From NCBI GenBank assembly GCA_964550355.1, contig CAZJZA010000001.1, positions 1 to 41,755 of the forward strand: a stretch of DNA of 41,755 nt. The letters run 5' to 3'. This DNA comes from an uncultured Halobacteriales archaeon. GTDB lineage: Archaea > Halobacteriota > Halobacteria > Halobacteriales > Halobacteriaceae. Positions 1 through 10,236 of this stretch are shown here, one piece after another (positions within the stretch are counted from its first letter, which is position 1; every line of letters begins with the position of its first letter). The position numbers and the translations under genes are program-made. A model generated the notes under the pieces. It searched no databases. It saw nothing but the letters and a program-made list of their open reading frames with translations, and was not told where the DNA came from.

Positions 1-1131
1 GGTTTTGATGTACGGGGCGTCGGTCGCCACGGCGAGGTGTGCGATAGTCGTGTCTTCGGTTTCCCCCGACCGGTGGGAGACCACGGGGTCATAGCCGGCT
101 CGCTGGGCGAGTTCGATGGCGTCGACCGTGTCGCTGAGCGTGCCGATCTGGTTCGGTTTGATCAACACGCTGTTAGCCGCGCCCAGTTCGATACCGTCCG
201 CGATGCGGTCGGTATTGGTCACGAACAGGTCGTCACCGCAGATGAGGGTGCGGTCGCCGACCCGCTCCGTGAGGCGGGAGAAGCCGTCGAAGTCGTTCTC
301 GTCCAGGGGATCCTCGACGTAGACCAGATCGTACTCGTCGACCATTTCGGCGATGTACTCGATCTGCTCGTCGGTGGATTTGGTCTCCTCGTCGTAGTGG
401 TAGGAGCCGTCCTCGAAGAGTTCGGCGGCCGCCACGTCGAGGCCGAAGCCGATTTCGAAGCCGACCTCGGTGGCCACCTGCTCGGTGGCCTCGGCCATGA
501 CCTCGAAGGCCTCGTCCTCGGTGGTCGCGGGGGCCCAGGCTCCTTCGTCGCCTTTCGCCGGGGCGTAGCCGCGTTCGGTGAGAAGTTCACCGACTATCTG
601 GTGCACCGCGGCGTTTGCAAAGACTGCCTTGCGAACGCTCGGAGCCCCGATCGGAGCCGAGAGGAATTCCTGGATCGCCGTCGCCTCGGCGGCGTGTTCT
701 CCGCCACCGATGACGTTTCCGAGGGGGATCGGAAACGAGCGACCGCGAAATGCCCCACCGAGGTGCTGGTACAGCGGGGCACCGAGCACGTCGGCTGCGG
801 CCTTTGCGGCGGCCATGCTGATGGCGACGGCGCTGTTCGCGCCGATCTCTGCGAAGTTATCGGTGCCATCTGCGGCGTGAAGAATCTGATCGACCTCGCG
901 TTGGTCGCCGGCGTAAACCGACCCTTCGAGACGGGGAACGGCGTGTTCCCGGGCGGCCGCGATCGCTTCCTCGACCGGACGTTCGATGGCCTCGTGCTCG
1001 CCCGTCGAGGCACCACTCGGTGCTGCGCCTCGCCCGAATCCACCGGAGGTGGTTCGAACGTCGGCCTCGACGGTTCGATTGCCCCGGGAATCCAGTATCG
1101 ACCGGAGGCGGACCGTCTCGATCAGCGTCAT
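1..1131 (-). CDS. eno: Enolase (phosphopyruvate hydratase), 3' end runs off the window
   Basis: Not in the ORF track because it has no stop in the window. Manual reverse-strand translation from ATG 1131 gives [25 protein letters not shown], the enolase N-terminus. It overlaps the rpoK stop (ATGA) and sits in the conserved haloarchaeal rpoK-eno position. Confidence 0.95.
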   Translation of the reverse strand, partial: MTLIETVRLRSILDSRGNRTVEADVRTTSGGFGRGAAPSGASTGEHEAIERPVEEAIAAAREHAVPRLEGSVYAGDQREVDQILHAADGTDNFAEIGANSAVAISMAAAKAAADVLGAPLYQHLGGAFRGRSFPIPLGNVIGGGEHAAEATAIQEFLSAPIGAPSVRKAVFANAAVHQIVGELLTERGYAPAKGDEGAWAPATTEDEAFEVMAEATEQVATEVGFEIGFGLDVAAAELFEDGSYHYDEETKSTDEQIEYIAEMVDEYDLVYVEDPLDENDFDGFSRLTERVGDRTLICGDDLFVTNTDRIADGIELGAANSVLIKPNQIGTLSDTVDAIELAQRAGYDPVVSHRSGETEDTTIAHLAVATDAPYIKT

Positions 1132-1310
1132 GTGGTATCCCGCCGGACCGTAAAGGGCAGGACCGACGAGTCGTATTCCTCGGCGGCGATGAGGATCGGT
1201 TCAGACTGATCGGTCTCGATCAGCACCGGTGCCCCATACGAGATTTGCAGCGCTCGGGCGCCGAGGATTCGGGCCTTCTCGTACCGATTGTAGTGTTCTT
1301 GTGTGGACAT
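1128..1310 (-). CDS. rpoK: RNA polymerase subunit K (Rpo6)
   Basis: [28 protein letters not shown]; start trimmed to ATG 1310. Confidence 0.96.
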   Translation of the reverse strand: MSTQEHYNRYEKARILGARALQISYGAPVLIETDQSEPILIAAEEYDSSVLPFTVRRDTT

Positions 1311-1311
1311 G

Positions 1312-1512
1312 TTACTGGTAGGGGGACACGACGTCGACCAGATCCTCGTGTGAAACGAGCATCCGCCGACAGCAGTGTCGTTCGACGCCCAGGTCATCGA
1401 GTACAGCTTCGGGGTCCTCGTCACCGTCCAACGTGGCTGCGCGGTCCTGGTACTCCTCCCAGTACTCGCCCACCGTGTTACCGCACGTGAAACAGCGGAC
1501 TGGGACCATCAT
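1312..1512 (-). CDS. rpoN: RNA polymerase subunit N (Rpo10)
   Basis: [11 protein letters not shown]...RHCCRRML zinc motif; start trimmed to 1512. Confidence 0.96.
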   Translation of the reverse strand: MMVPVRCFTCGNTVGEYWEEYQDRAATLDGDEDPEAVLDDLGVERHCCRRMLVSHEDLVDVVSPYQ

Positions 1513-1519
1513 GTCTGAA

Positions 1520-1918
1520 TCACCTGTAGGATTTCTGGTAGCGAGCCCGTGCCCCCGGGCCGCCCCACTTCTTGGGTTCTGGCTGCCGGACGTCGTTGAC
1601 CAGCAGCGTGCGGTCGAACTCCATGAAGGCGTCTCGCAGTTCTGCGTCGCCGAAGAACTGGACGAGGCCACGGGAAATGGCCGTCCGGACGGCGTCAGCC
1701 TGTCCGGCGAAGCCACCGCCCTCGACTGTCACGTCGATATCGACGTCCTCGCGCAGTTCATCGTCGGCGATACGGAACGGCTCGAGCATCTTGAGCCGGG
1801 ACATTTCGGGTTCGACGAGTTCGATCGGCGTCGAGTTGATTCGCACGCGACCCTCCCCATCGCTCACGGTTGCCCGGGCGATGGCCGTTTTCTTCTTACC
1901 GCTCGTGTTTGTTACCAT
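1520..1918 (-). CDS. rps9: 30S ribosomal protein S9 (uS9)
   Basis: [11 protein letters not shown]...[17 protein letters not shown]. Confidence 0.97.
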   Translation of the reverse strand: MVTNTSGKKKTAIARATVSDGEGRVRINSTPIELVEPEMSRLKMLEPFRIADDELREDVDIDVTVEGGGFAGQADAVRTAISRGLVQFFGDAELRDAFMEFDRTLLVNDVRQPEPKKWGGPGARARYQKSYR

Positions 1919-2349
1919 GTGACGTTCGCTCCGAGGTGTGCTGCCACCGTCCCGAGGGTGACAAATCGGGTGGTCGAGAGGCGGTCGATCGAGGTGTCAT
2001 CGAGGACTGTGGCCTCTTTCTCGTGGGGGTTACCCACGTAGATGCGGACGTTCGAAAGCGCCTTGCGGCCCGTGTCTTTCTTGAACGGGACCATGCCACG
2101 CACGGTGCGCTTGAAGATTCGGTCCGGGCGTCGCGGGTAAGCGGGCCCCCTGTCCGAACCCAGTTCGGCGCGGTCCTCGTACTTCGAGAGGATATCCTCG
2201 CGTCGACCCGTGATGACGGCGTCCTCGGCGTTGACGACCGCCACGCGGTCGCCCTCGAGGGCTCGTTCGGCCACCTGGGTCGCAACTCGCCCCAGCACAC
2301 AGTCGCGGGCGTCGACGACCAGGTCGGCATCGAATTCTGCGAGACTCAT
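1912..2349 (-). CDS. rpl13: 50S ribosomal protein L13 (uL13)
   Basis: [23 protein letters not shown]...[14 protein letters not shown]; start trimmed to ATG 2349. Confidence 0.96.
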   Translation of the reverse strand: MSLAEFDADLVVDARDCVLGRVATQVAERALEGDRVAVVNAEDAVITGRREDILSKYEDRAELGSDRGPAYPRRPDRIFKRTVRGMVPFKKDTGRKALSNVRIYVGNPHEKEATVLDDTSIDRLSTTRFVTLGTVAAHLGANVTW

Positions 2350-2699
2350 GCGATCACCCGCATCTCCGATCCGTCTGGATGTTGTTCGAGTGCCTGTTCG
2401 AGGTTGAGAACTTCGCCGTCCGCGCGCTCGATTTTCGATCGGGCGGAACTGGAGAAGTCGACCGCAACAACGGTGACCGACTTTCGCAGTGCGCCGGAAC
2501 CGAGCACCTTGCCCGGAACGACGACGGTCTCGTCCTCGCGTGCGTACCGTTCGATACGACTCAGGTTGACCTCTGCGTGGGACCGGCGTGGCTTTTCGAG
2601 CCGACCGGCCACGTCTCGCCAGATGTCCGCGCCCGTCTCGCGGGCCACGGACTTGCATTCGGCGATGAGGCTGCTGAGTCTCGGACTTGTCTTGCTCAT
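2346..2699 (-). CDS. rpl18e: 50S ribosomal protein L18e (eL18)
   Basis: MSKTSPRL...[10 protein letters not shown]...[11 protein letters not shown]. Confidence 0.96.
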   Translation of the reverse strand: MSKTSPRLSSLIAECKSVARETGADIWRDVAGRLEKPRRSHAEVNLSRIERYAREDETVVVPGKVLGSGALRKSVTVVAVDFSSSARSKIERADGEVLNLEQALEQHPDGSEMRVIA

Positions 2700-2723
2700 T
2701 ACGGTGTGGAAAAGTGTGGTGAG

Positions 2724-2808
2724 TGCAGGGAGCAGGATTTGAACCTGCGAACCCCTACGGGACAGCGCCCTGAACGCTGCGCCTTTGGCCTGACTCGGCT
2801 ACCCCTGC
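2724..2808 (-). tRNA. tRNA-Leu(CAG)
   Basis: Reverse complement GCAGGGGTAGCCGAGTCAGGCCAAAGGCG-CAGCG-TT CAG GG-CGCTG, long variable arm, T-loop GGTTCAAATCC; CCA not encoded. Confidence 0.95.
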
Positions 2809-2931
2809 ACGTGGTTTCGCTCGCGATTCTTGGTTTGGGCCGCCCCTTCAAACCCGTTTCGGTCGGGTACTGCGCGGTCGCTCCCGGGGTCGGGTCGACC
2901 GTCGCGTTTGAAGGGATCGGCGTGTTCATCG

Positions 2932-3678
2932 TTACAGTTTCACTGCGTCTTCGAGTTCATCGGCCCGGCCGTGGAGCGAGCCCACGGCCCGGGTGATCAA
3001 TTCCGTGACCGGCATCGATCCGTCCGAATCGACGTGGAAGACGAAGGCATTCTCGACTTCGTTGACGGCGACTTCCGTGTCAGGATACCGGTTTCGTAGG
3101 TCGTTGTCGAACTCTTCTGTCGGGATGAGTTCGCCATCCTCCTCGATGACGCCCCGAACGATCTCCCGTTCGTCGGCGCCGTATTCGTCGGCGTCACCGA
3201 GTGTCTCGATTTCCTGGAGGTGGCGATAGCCGACTGCGACACCACCCTGGTGTCTGGCGTGGTCACGCCCGCTCCCGAGGACGGCGTCTGCTTCGATCTC
3301 GAGACGCTGGTCCTCTTTGAGTTGGATGATCGGAATTTCCGTTTCGGCAGGTTCGACCATCGGATCCGCGGAGACGAGATCGCCGGAGTACGCCGTCTCG
3401 GGTCCCTCGACGTCGAGGGCCAGTGTGACGACGTCGCCCTCCTCGAACTCTCCCTCGGGGGTGGTCAACGGGACCAGACCCAGTCGAAGAGCGATCTGTT
3501 CGTCGAACATTACACTGGAGTTCTCGACGAACCGGACCGTATCGATCGAGAGCGTCGGCACGTCGGCCAGTATCGCTCGCCGGATGCCATTTGCCAGGTC
3601 CGGGGTAATCCCCCTGACCAGGAATTTGGCTTCCCGGTCGGCCAATTCGATGAACTCGACCTCGAAGGTGTCTGCCAT
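2932..3678 (-). CDS. rpoD: RNA polymerase subunit D (Rpo3)
   Basis: [19 protein letters not shown]...[20 protein letters not shown]; start trimmed to MADTFEVEF at 3678. Confidence 0.96.
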   Translation of the reverse strand: MADTFEVEFIELADREAKFLVRGITPDLANGIRRAILADVPTLSIDTVRFVENSSVMFDEQIALRLGLVPLTTPEGEFEEGDVVTLALDVEGPETAYSGDLVSADPMVEPAETEIPIIQLKEDQRLEIEADAVLGSGRDHARHQGGVAVGYRHLQEIETLGDADEYGADEREIVRGVIEEDGELIPTEEFDNDLRNRYPDTEVAVNEVENAFVFHVDSDGSMPVTELITRAVGSLHGRADELEDAVKL

Positions 3679-3679
3679 G

Positions 3680-4066
3680 TTAGAATCCCGCGTTCTTCGG
3701 CGCCCGGGTGCCGTCGTGGGGGATCGGGGTAACGTCCTCGATCCGCCCGATCTCAAGCCCCGCTCGCGCGAGGGCCCGGATAGCGGCTTGTGCCCCGGGG
3801 CCGGGGTTTTGCTGTTGATTTCCGCCGGGTCCACGTACTCGGACGTGAACGCCTTCGATGCCTTGCTCCATCACGGTCTCGGCGATCTCATCGGCCATCT
3901 GCATGGCCGCGTACGGCGAGGCCTCGTCCCGGTTCTGCTTCACGACCGCGCCACCGCTCGACTTGGCCAGGGTTTCGGCCCCGGTCTGGTCGGTGATGGT
4001 CATGATCGTGTTGTTGAACGAGGCGTGGATGTGAGCGATACCCCACGTGGAATCCTCATTTGCCAT
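3680..4066 (-). CDS. rps11: 30S ribosomal protein S11 (uS11)
   Basis: [14 protein letters not shown]...[14 protein letters not shown]. Confidence 0.97.
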   Translation of the reverse strand: MANEDSTWGIAHIHASFNNTIMTITDQTGAETLAKSSGGAVVKQNRDEASPYAAMQMADEIAETVMEQGIEGVHVRVRGPGGNQQQNPGPGAQAAIRALARAGLEIGRIEDVTPIPHDGTRAPKNAGF

Positions 4067-4072
4067 ATATGA

Positions 4073-4585
4073 TCACTCCTGTGCGGATGCGCGTTCTGGG
4101 TGCAGTTCGTCCGCGAGCGCGCTCGTCTCGTCGAACGAAATGGTGTCCTCCTCGTCGATCTCGACCGTGTACGAGGGTGTGGTGACCCGCCGGTCCCCGA
4201 TCGTGATGTGGCCGTGCCCGACGAACTGTCGTGCCTGAGAGACCGTATTCGCCAGTCCCTTGCGATACACGACGGTCTGAAGGCGCCGTTCGAGGACGTC
4301 GGTCACGTCGAGTGACAGGACGTCGTCGAGGGCTTCGTCGGCGTCGAGGATGCCGATACGCTGGAGTCGCTCGATGAACTCCTCGCTTGATTCCTCGCCA
4401 ACCCGACCGAGAAGCCGTCGGGCCTCCCGTCGGTAGTTGCGAAGTTCGGACTGGGCTCGCCAGACCTCCTCTTTGTTCTTCAGGCCATAGCGGCCGACGA
4501 GATCGCCTTCTTCGGCGATCCGCTCACCCTGGTAGGGATGATTTGGCGTCTCGTAGAACTTGGTGTTCTCTCCTGGAAGTGCCAT
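4073..4585 (-). CDS. rps4: 30S ribosomal protein S4 (uS4)
   Basis: [13 protein letters not shown]...YGLKNKEE...[15 protein letters not shown]...[10 protein letters not shown]. Confidence 0.97.
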   Translation of the reverse strand: MALPGENTKFYETPNHPYQGERIAEEGDLVGRYGLKNKEEVWRAQSELRNYRREARRLLGRVGEESSEEFIERLQRIGILDADEALDDVLSLDVTDVLERRLQTVVYRKGLANTVSQARQFVGHGHITIGDRRVTTPSYTVEIDEEDTISFDETSALADELHPERASAQE

Positions 4586-5091
4586 TATTCAGCTGCCTCC
4601 TCTTCTTCTGCCTGTTCTTCTCGAATTTCCTCGACGTTCACGCCGATCGTGCCCTCTGTCCGGCCGGTGGACTTAGTCCGCTGTCCGCGGACCTTCTGTC
4701 CACGCTCGTGGCGTACGCCGCGATAGGACCGGATCATGCGCATCCGGTTGATGTCCTCATCGCGGGTGAGCTCGACGTCCGAGCCCGTGAGATGGCCACT
4801 TTCGCCGGTGTAGAAGTCGTTCTGACGGTTGGTGAGCCAGTCGGGGACGTGCGTATCGAAGTCCTCGACGGCCTCGACGACGGAGTCGATCGTGTCGTCG
4901 TCGAGTGTACCGAACGTGGCCGTCCGATCGACGTCGGCCACTTCGGCGATGACTCGGGCCGCCCGTCGCCCGATGCCTTTCATTTCAGTGAGGGCACGCT
5001 CGACGGACTTCGTCCCGTCGAGGTCTGTCTGTCCGATGCGGACGAAGTATCGAACGTCCTCATCCGCTTCCTCTGTTTCTTCCGTGCTCAT
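4585..5091 (-). CDS. rps13: 30S ribosomal protein S13 (uS13)
   Basis: [10 protein letters not shown]...[22 protein letters not shown]. Confidence 0.97.
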   Translation of the reverse strand: MSTEETEEADEDVRYFVRIGQTDLDGTKSVERALTEMKGIGRRAARVIAEVADVDRTATFGTLDDDTIDSVVEAVEDFDTHVPDWLTNRQNDFYTGESGHLTGSDVELTRDEDINRMRMIRSYRGVRHERGQKVRGQRTKSTGRTEGTIGVNVEEIREEQAEEEEAAE

Positions 5092-5106
5092 AGTTGGTAT
5101 CGAAAG

Positions 5107-5189
5107 CGTCGTGGCGGGGATTTGAACCCCGGAGGCTTACGCCACAGAGTTAGCAACCCTGCGCCTTGACCAGGCTAGGCTACCACGAC
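5107..5189 (-). tRNA. tRNA-Ser(GCT)
   Basis: Reverse complement GTCGTGGTAGCCTAGCCTGGTCAAGGCG-CAGGG-TT GCT AA-CTCTG, variable arm, GGTTCAAATCCCCG, acceptor CCACGAC-G. It heads the conserved rps13 operon. Confidence 0.95.
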
Positions 5190-5373
5190 GCGCTTTGTCG
5201 TATCGTCGCCCGTGTGGACTCGGGGCGCTAACCCCTACAGTACCTGCAGTCAGGTGTATCTTCCACCGGCACTTAAGTCCCTCGGAACGACCGTTCCAGG
5301 GGAGTGTGCCGATTTATCCTCCTTCCCGATTGAGGCCGTGGACTTCTGATCGTTCCTCACGTCCGTTGGGCCG

Positions 5374-5458
5374 GGAAATTCGTCACGCCCATCGAACCTG
5401 GAAATCCGTCACGCTCTTCGACCCAGGAAATTCGTCACATCCATCAACCCTGGAAACC
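5374..5458. repeat. 26-bp imperfect tandem repeat, about 3.3 copies (plus a degenerate copy to the left)
   Basis: GGAAAT(T/C)CGTCAC units start at 5374, 5400 and 5426, with a partial GGAAA unit at 5452. Confidence 0.8.
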
Positions 5459-5464
5459 GCTCCC

Positions 5465-5523
5465 CATCACATCCGGTGACCCAACAAATCGACCTCATCA
5501 CATCCGGTGACCCAACAAATCGA
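5465..5523. repeat. Direct repeat, 28 identical bases with 31-bp period, 2 copies
   Basis: CATCACATCCGGTGACCCAACAAATCGA at 5465-5492 and 5496-5523. Confidence 0.9.
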
Positions 5524-5586
5524 TCCCCGGCATCCTTCGTGGATGGCCCCTAGGCTTTTAACCCAACTCACGGCTAGAATGCGGTA

Positions 5587-7779
5587 ATGAGCCGTCCGAT
5601 CCGGGTATTGCGGGTTCTCGGTTCCGAGAGCGGATCGTCCGGGTCCGACGCTCTCGAAGCGGCCCTCGAGCAGTTCGACGTCCGACGGGTTCGTTCTGCT
5701 GAGACAGCACTCGAGACACTGTCCGATCGAACGGTCGACTGTGTTCTCGCGGATTACCGGCTCGAAGATGGGAATGGTGTCGAACTCCTCTCCAGCATTC
5801 GAGAGAAACGACCGTCGCTTCCGTTTCTCCTCTTCGTGAAAGACGGTTCGGAGGCGGTGGCAGCCCAGGCTATCGGGGAGGGAGTGACCGATTACATACG
5901 GGCGAATACGGTGAGTGGGGAGTCGGCACTCGCGACGCGGATCGAACGTGCCGTCGAGGACAACCGCACAGAGCGGGACTTGGTCGCCGAGCGGAAAGTC
6001 TTCGTCCAGGGTCCCGCTGTCATTTTCAGGTGGGGGACCGAGTCGGATTGGCCCATCGAATATGTCTCGGAGAACGTCGAGGACGTGTTCGAATACACGC
6101 CGGCCGAACTCGAATCCGGGGACACGACCTATGCCGACCTGGTTCACGAGGCGGATTTGCCCGCGCTCCGAAAGGAGGCCCGAAAATATACCGAGGGTGA
6201 CCTCGATCGCCTCGGCCACGATCCGTACCGACTCGAGACGAGCGAGGGTGACTATCGCTGGGTGCTCGAACACACGCGAGCGATCACGGATCCGGTAACC
6301 GGTGAGAAACAACTGTTCGGGTACGTGATCGACATCACGAAACGACGGAAACAGGAACTCGAATTACAGCAGTTCCGCGAAGCCGTCGAGCAGACCGGCC
6401 ACGCGGTCTACATCACCGACCCGGATGGGACGATCGAGTACGTCAACCCGGCCTTCGAGCGGGTCACCGGCTACGACGAAGGAGAGGCGCTCGGCCGGAC
6501 TCCCAATCTCCTCAAGTCGGGCAGGCACGAGGAAGGTTTCTACGATGATATCTGGGATGCGATTAGTTCGGGAGAAACAGTCGAAACCGAGATCGTCGAC
6601 GTGCGGGCGGATGGTGAGGAAGTCGTGCTCCATCAGACGGTTTCACCAATCGTCGATGACGGCGGCAATTTGTACAAATTCGTCGCCGTCGCACAGGACA
6701 TAACGAACCGGAAAGAACACGAGAAGTCCCTCGAACGGGCCCACGAGGAACTCAGAACGGTCATCGATCTGGTCCCGGACTTGCTTTTCGCAAAAAATCG
6801 GGAGGGGCGGTACGTTTTGGCCAATAGGGCGACCGCCGAGGCGTACGGCTCGACCCCGGAAGCCATCGAGGGATCGCTCGAAACTGAGGTAATCCCTGTC
6901 CCAGCGGAGTCGACGCAATTTCAAGCGAATGACCTCGAGGTGATCGAATCTGGCGAGCCCATTTTCAACCGCGAGGAGGAACTGACGACAGCCGAGGACG
7001 AGACGCGGATATACCAGACGACCAAAATCCCCTACGTCGTACCTGGAACCGGAGAGCAAGCAGTCCTCGGGTACGCGAGGGATGTCACGGAACTCAAGGC
7101 CTACGAGCGGGAACTGGAAACCCAGCGGGACAACCTTGAGATCCTCAACCAGGTCGTCAGACACGACATCAGAAACACCCTCCAACTGGTGCTTGCTTAC
7201 ATCCAATCCGCTCTTTCGACGGACGAGCAACAAAGCGAGAGTCCACTCGAAAACGCACGGGTGGCAGCCCGGGAAGCCGTGGAGATAACGGAAACGGCCC
7301 GTGATGTCACCGAGGTCATGCTTCAGACGGACGTGGAATTGGCACCTACGTCCCTCCGCTCTGTCCTCGAGCAACACCTCGAAGAGATCCGGTCCAGTTA
7401 CCGTGATGTCGTGCTCGACGTGGAGGGCTCGATTCCGGATGTCGACGTGTATGCGGACGACATGCTCGGCTCGGTCTTTCGAAATCTGCTGTCCAATGCG
7501 ATCCAGCACAATCAGCGGGGGACCCCCGAGATCACGGTTTCAGCATCGCTCGAAGGAGAGAATGCAATCCTCAGATTCGCGGATAACGGACCCGGTATTC
7601 CCGAAACCCAGCGTGAACAAATTTTCGAGAAAGGACAGACCGGGCTCGATAGTGAGGGGACTGGACTCGGATTGTATCTGGTACGAACGCTCGTCGATCG
7701 ATACGACGGCACGGTGTCCCTCGAAGATAACGAACCGGAGGGCACCGTATTCGTCGTCAGATTACCCGTCGCCGAGTGA
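5587..7779 (+). CDS. Cytoplasmic hybrid sensor histidine kinase (receiver-like domain, three PAS domains, HisKA/HATPase)
   Basis: VDCVLADY receiver segment; PAS signatures IEYVSEN, IEYVNPAF and YVLANRA; H-box VRHDIRN, N-box NLLSNAIQH, G1 DNGPGI, G2 GTGLGL; no transmembrane stretch seen. Confidence 0.9.
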   Translation: MSRPIRVLRVLGSESGSSGSDALEAALEQFDVRRVRSAETALETLSDRTVDCVLADYRLEDGNGVELLSSIREKRPSLPFLLFVKDGSEAVAAQAIGEGVTDYIRANTVSGESALATRIERAVEDNRTERDLVAERKVFVQGPAVIFRWGTESDWPIEYVSENVEDVFEYTPAELESGDTTYADLVHEADLPALRKEARKYTEGDLDRLGHDPYRLETSEGDYRWVLEHTRAITDPVTGEKQLFGYVIDITKRRKQELELQQFREAVEQTGHAVYITDPDGTIEYVNPAFERVTGYDEGEALGRTPNLLKSGRHEEGFYDDIWDAISSGETVETEIVDVRADGEEVVLHQTVSPIVDDGGNLYKFVAVAQDITNRKEHEKSLERAHEELRTVIDLVPDLLFAKNREGRYVLANRATAEAYGSTPEAIEGSLETEVIPVPAESTQFQANDLEVIESGEPIFNREEELTTAEDETRIYQTTKIPYVVPGTGEQAVLGYARDVTELKAYERELETQRDNLEILNQVVRHDIRNTLQLVLAYIQSALSTDEQQSESPLENARVAAREAVEITETARDVTEVMLQTDVELAPTSLRSVLEQHLEEIRSSYRDVVLDVEGSIPDVDVYADDMLGSVFRNLLSNAIQHNQRGTPEITVSASLEGENAILRFADNGPGIPETQREQIFEKGQTGLDSEGTGLGLYLVRTLVDRYDGTVSLEDNEPEGTVFVVRLPVAE

Positions 7780-7800
7780 GAAATCACTCGAAGATCGCGT

Positions 7801-7879
7801 TCAGTGGTTAATCGAACACCCAGTCCTCGATCGTTGCTCAGTGGTTAATCGAATGCCCAATCCTCGATCGTTGCTCAGT
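7801..7879. repeat. 37-bp tandem repeat (2 copies plus the start of a third) ending in the moaA stop codon
   Basis: TCAGTGGTTAATCGAAYRCCCARTCCTCGATCGTTGC at 7801 and 7838; the third TCAGT at 7875 contains the moaA TGA. Confidence 0.85.
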
Positions 7880-8888
7880 CGTCATCGCCGACCGAGACGG
7901 GTGTCGGAATCTGTGGATCTGTGCTCTCCGCCTCGGGGTTTGCATAGGCCTCGTTTTCGATCCACTCGCCGCCCTCGCGGACCATGTACGCCCCGTAATA
8001 GGGAACCCGGTTGGCGACGGTCTCGCGGAACGTCGTCTCGATTTCCTCCCGGGTCATCTCGCCCATCGTGCGGAGGTCGTCGGTCCGGTTGAGACAGCCC
8101 TTGAGGCGACCGTCGGGGGTTACGCGGACGCGATGGCAATTCTCGCAGAACTCCCGGTTCTCGACTGGGTCGACGATCTCGACCATGCCGCCATCGACCC
8201 AGTACCGGTTCCGATGGTGCATGTCCCTGACCTCGACCCGGTCGGCCCGACCTTCCAGCCAGTCGTGCACCCGGTCGATGTCGATTGCCCATTCGGGTTT
8301 GTTGACCAACTCGGGCATGAATTCGATGAGCTGGAGCCGCAATCCGTCGTTTTCCGCGACGAAGTCGACCATGTCCTCGACGTGGTGGGCCGTCCGCTCG
8401 AAGACCACCATGTTGAGTTTGACCGGGGTCAATCCCGCGTCGACGGCGGCCTTCACGCCCTCCAGAACGCGCTCGTAGGCCCCACTTTTCGTGATTTCCT
8501 TGAACGCCTCGGCATCGAGGGCGTCCTGGGAGACGTTGACCCGCTCAAGTCCCGCTTCCTTGAGGGCCTCGACGCGGTCCGGGAGGAACGTTCCGTTGGT
8601 GGTCAGGGAGGGCGTCATTCCATCGGGAACTCGGCGAATAATCTCTTCGAGGTCCTCGCGCAACATCGGCTCGCCACCGGTGAACTTCACTTTCTCGATG
8701 CCGAACTGATCTACGACCTCCAGAAATCGAATCACCTCGTCGGCGCTCATCTCGTTGTCCTGGGGGTCCATGGGTCCGCGGGTGTCCCCGAGTCCCTCGT
8801 TGTGACAGTAAACGCAGTCGAAATTGCAACGATCGGTCAAGGAGACTCGGACCTGGGAAACCTCCCGACCGAAATCGTCTTCGAGCAT
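7875..8888 (-). CDS. moaA: GTP 3',8-cyclase (molybdenum cofactor biosynthesis protein A)
   Basis: Radical [21 protein letters not shown]-terminal [20 protein letters not shown]. Confidence 0.95.
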   Translation of the reverse strand: MLEDDFGREVSQVRVSLTDRCNFDCVYCHNEGLGDTRGPMDPQDNEMSADEVIRFLEVVDQFGIEKVKFTGGEPMLREDLEEIIRRVPDGMTPSLTTNGTFLPDRVEALKEAGLERVNVSQDALDAEAFKEITKSGAYERVLEGVKAAVDAGLTPVKLNMVVFERTAHHVEDMVDFVAENDGLRLQLIEFMPELVNKPEWAIDIDRVHDWLEGRADRVEVRDMHHRNRYWVDGGMVEIVDPVENREFCENCHRVRVTPDGRLKGCLNRTDDLRTMGEMTREEIETTFRETVANRVPYYGAYMVREGGEWIENEAYANPEAESTDPQIPTPVSVGDDD

Positions 8889-8941
8889 ATTTCACATTCC
8901 TTTCCGAATTGCCTTAACTGCGTGGGTGAAAATCGGATGAA

Positions 8942-8959
8942 GTAACTATAATTAGTTAC
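8942..8959. promoter_or_regulatory. Palindrome GTAACTA-TAAT-TAGTTAC, candidate transcription-factor site between divergent moaA and mrp
   Basis: Perfect 7-bp inverted arms in an AT-rich patch, about 55-70 bp upstream of the moaA start. Confidence 0.5.
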
Positions 8960-9129
8960 GTGGTCGCGTGGACCCGTCTGCGGTGAGAGACGTTCTCCAA
9001 AAAATGGTGGGATGTAGGATGTCACATTTCAGAGGCGGTGAGTAGGGTATCCCAGAGGTCGTGCACAACTCTTCTGACATTTCCCCGTCAAACACAACCC
9101 TTATTCACGGTTCGCAGTCTAATCGGGGT

Positions 9130-10203
9130 ATGCAGGAAGCCGACGTTCGGGAGATTCTGTCGGGGATCGAAGACCCCGACCTCGGCACCGACATCGTTTC
9201 AGAGAACCTCGTAACTGGGATCGATCTCGACGGCGAGGCCGTCACGGTCGATCTCGCTCTCGAGGCCATCGGCTCACCGACGGAAGACACCATCCGGGCC
9301 GAAGTTCGGGAAGCCCTGGAATCCGAGGGGCTTTCGGTCACGCTCGGGACCGGCACGGGGGAAGCGGACGTGGAGGGGATCGGGGTGGAGAACGTCGGCC
9401 CCGATACAGAAAGCACGACGGAGCCACTCCCCGGGATCTCGAACGTTATCGCGGTGGCGTCGGGGAAGGGCGGCGTCGGCAAGAGTACGGTTTCTGTGAA
9501 CCTCGCAGCGGGTCTCGTGGACCGTGGCGCGGACGTTGCAATTTTCGACGCGGACATGTACGGTCCGAACGTGCCCCGAATGCTCGGAGTCGATGAGCAA
9601 CCACGGGCCACGAGCGACGAGAAAATCGTCCCCGTCGAGTCCCATGGCATGGGCGTCATGAGTATCGGATTGATGCTTGGCGAGGACGACCCGGTCATCT
9701 GGCGGGGGGCGATGGTGCACAACACCCTCACTCAACTCGTTGATGACGTTCAGTGGGGCGATCTCGACTATCTCGTCATCGACCTGCCGCCGGGAACTGG
9801 AGACACACAACTCACGCTTCTCCAGTCGATTCCGATTACCGGATCGGTCATCGTCACGACGCCACAAGACGTCGCCCTGGAGGACGCCCGGCGTGGCCTT
9901 CAGATGTTCGCCGAACACGACACCCCCGTACTGGGCATCGTCGAGAACATGAGCACGTTTGTCTGTCCGGACTGTGGGACAGAACACGATATCTTCGGCT
10001 CGGGTGGTGGCGAGCGCTTCGCCGAGGAAAAGGACATGCCCTTCCTGGGCTCGATCCCCCTCGACCCGGCGATCCGCAGCGGCGGAGACGAGGGTGCCCC
10101 GATCGTGATGGCCGACGACGGGGAAACGACCGATGCGATAACGGACATCGTCGAGATGGCCGCGGATATGGTGGGGATCCTCAACCGTCGCAAACAAACC
10201 TAG
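9130..10203 (+). CDS. mrp: Mrp/ApbC/NBP35 Fe-S cluster carrier ATPase
   Basis: SGKGGVGKST, DADMYGP, IDLPPGTGD, VENMSTFVCPDCG; start trimmed to ATG 9130. Confidence 0.93.
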   Translation: MQEADVREILSGIEDPDLGTDIVSENLVTGIDLDGEAVTVDLALEAIGSPTEDTIRAEVREALESEGLSVTLGTGTGEADVEGIGVENVGPDTESTTEPLPGISNVIAVASGKGGVGKSTVSVNLAAGLVDRGADVAIFDADMYGPNVPRMLGVDEQPRATSDEKIVPVESHGMGVMSIGLMLGEDDPVIWRGAMVHNTLTQLVDDVQWGDLDYLVIDLPPGTGDTQLTLLQSIPITGSVIVTTPQDVALEDARRGLQMFAEHDTPVLGIVENMSTFVCPDCGTEHDIFGSGGGERFAEEKDMPFLGSIPLDPAIRSGGDEGAPIVMADDGETTDAITDIVEMAADMVGILNRRKQT

Positions 10204-10236
10204 AGGGAAGTCGGATTCCGAATTGTTCTGCCAGTC

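Noticed and set aside
37-1209. 390-aa plus-strand ORF and many other long antisense ORFs in 1-28000 (for example 10605-11888 and 9274-10197)
   Set aside because: They are shadow frames of recognisable genes on the opposite strand (eno, porA, mrp and others), expected from high-GC codon bias.
5190-5255. Small hairpins (GGGG-N6-CCCC, ACCTG-N4-CAGGT) upstream of tRNA-Ser as a separate ncRNA
   Set aside because: The stems are short, and they are adequately explained as the precursor leader or promoter region of the tRNA-Ser/rps13 operon.
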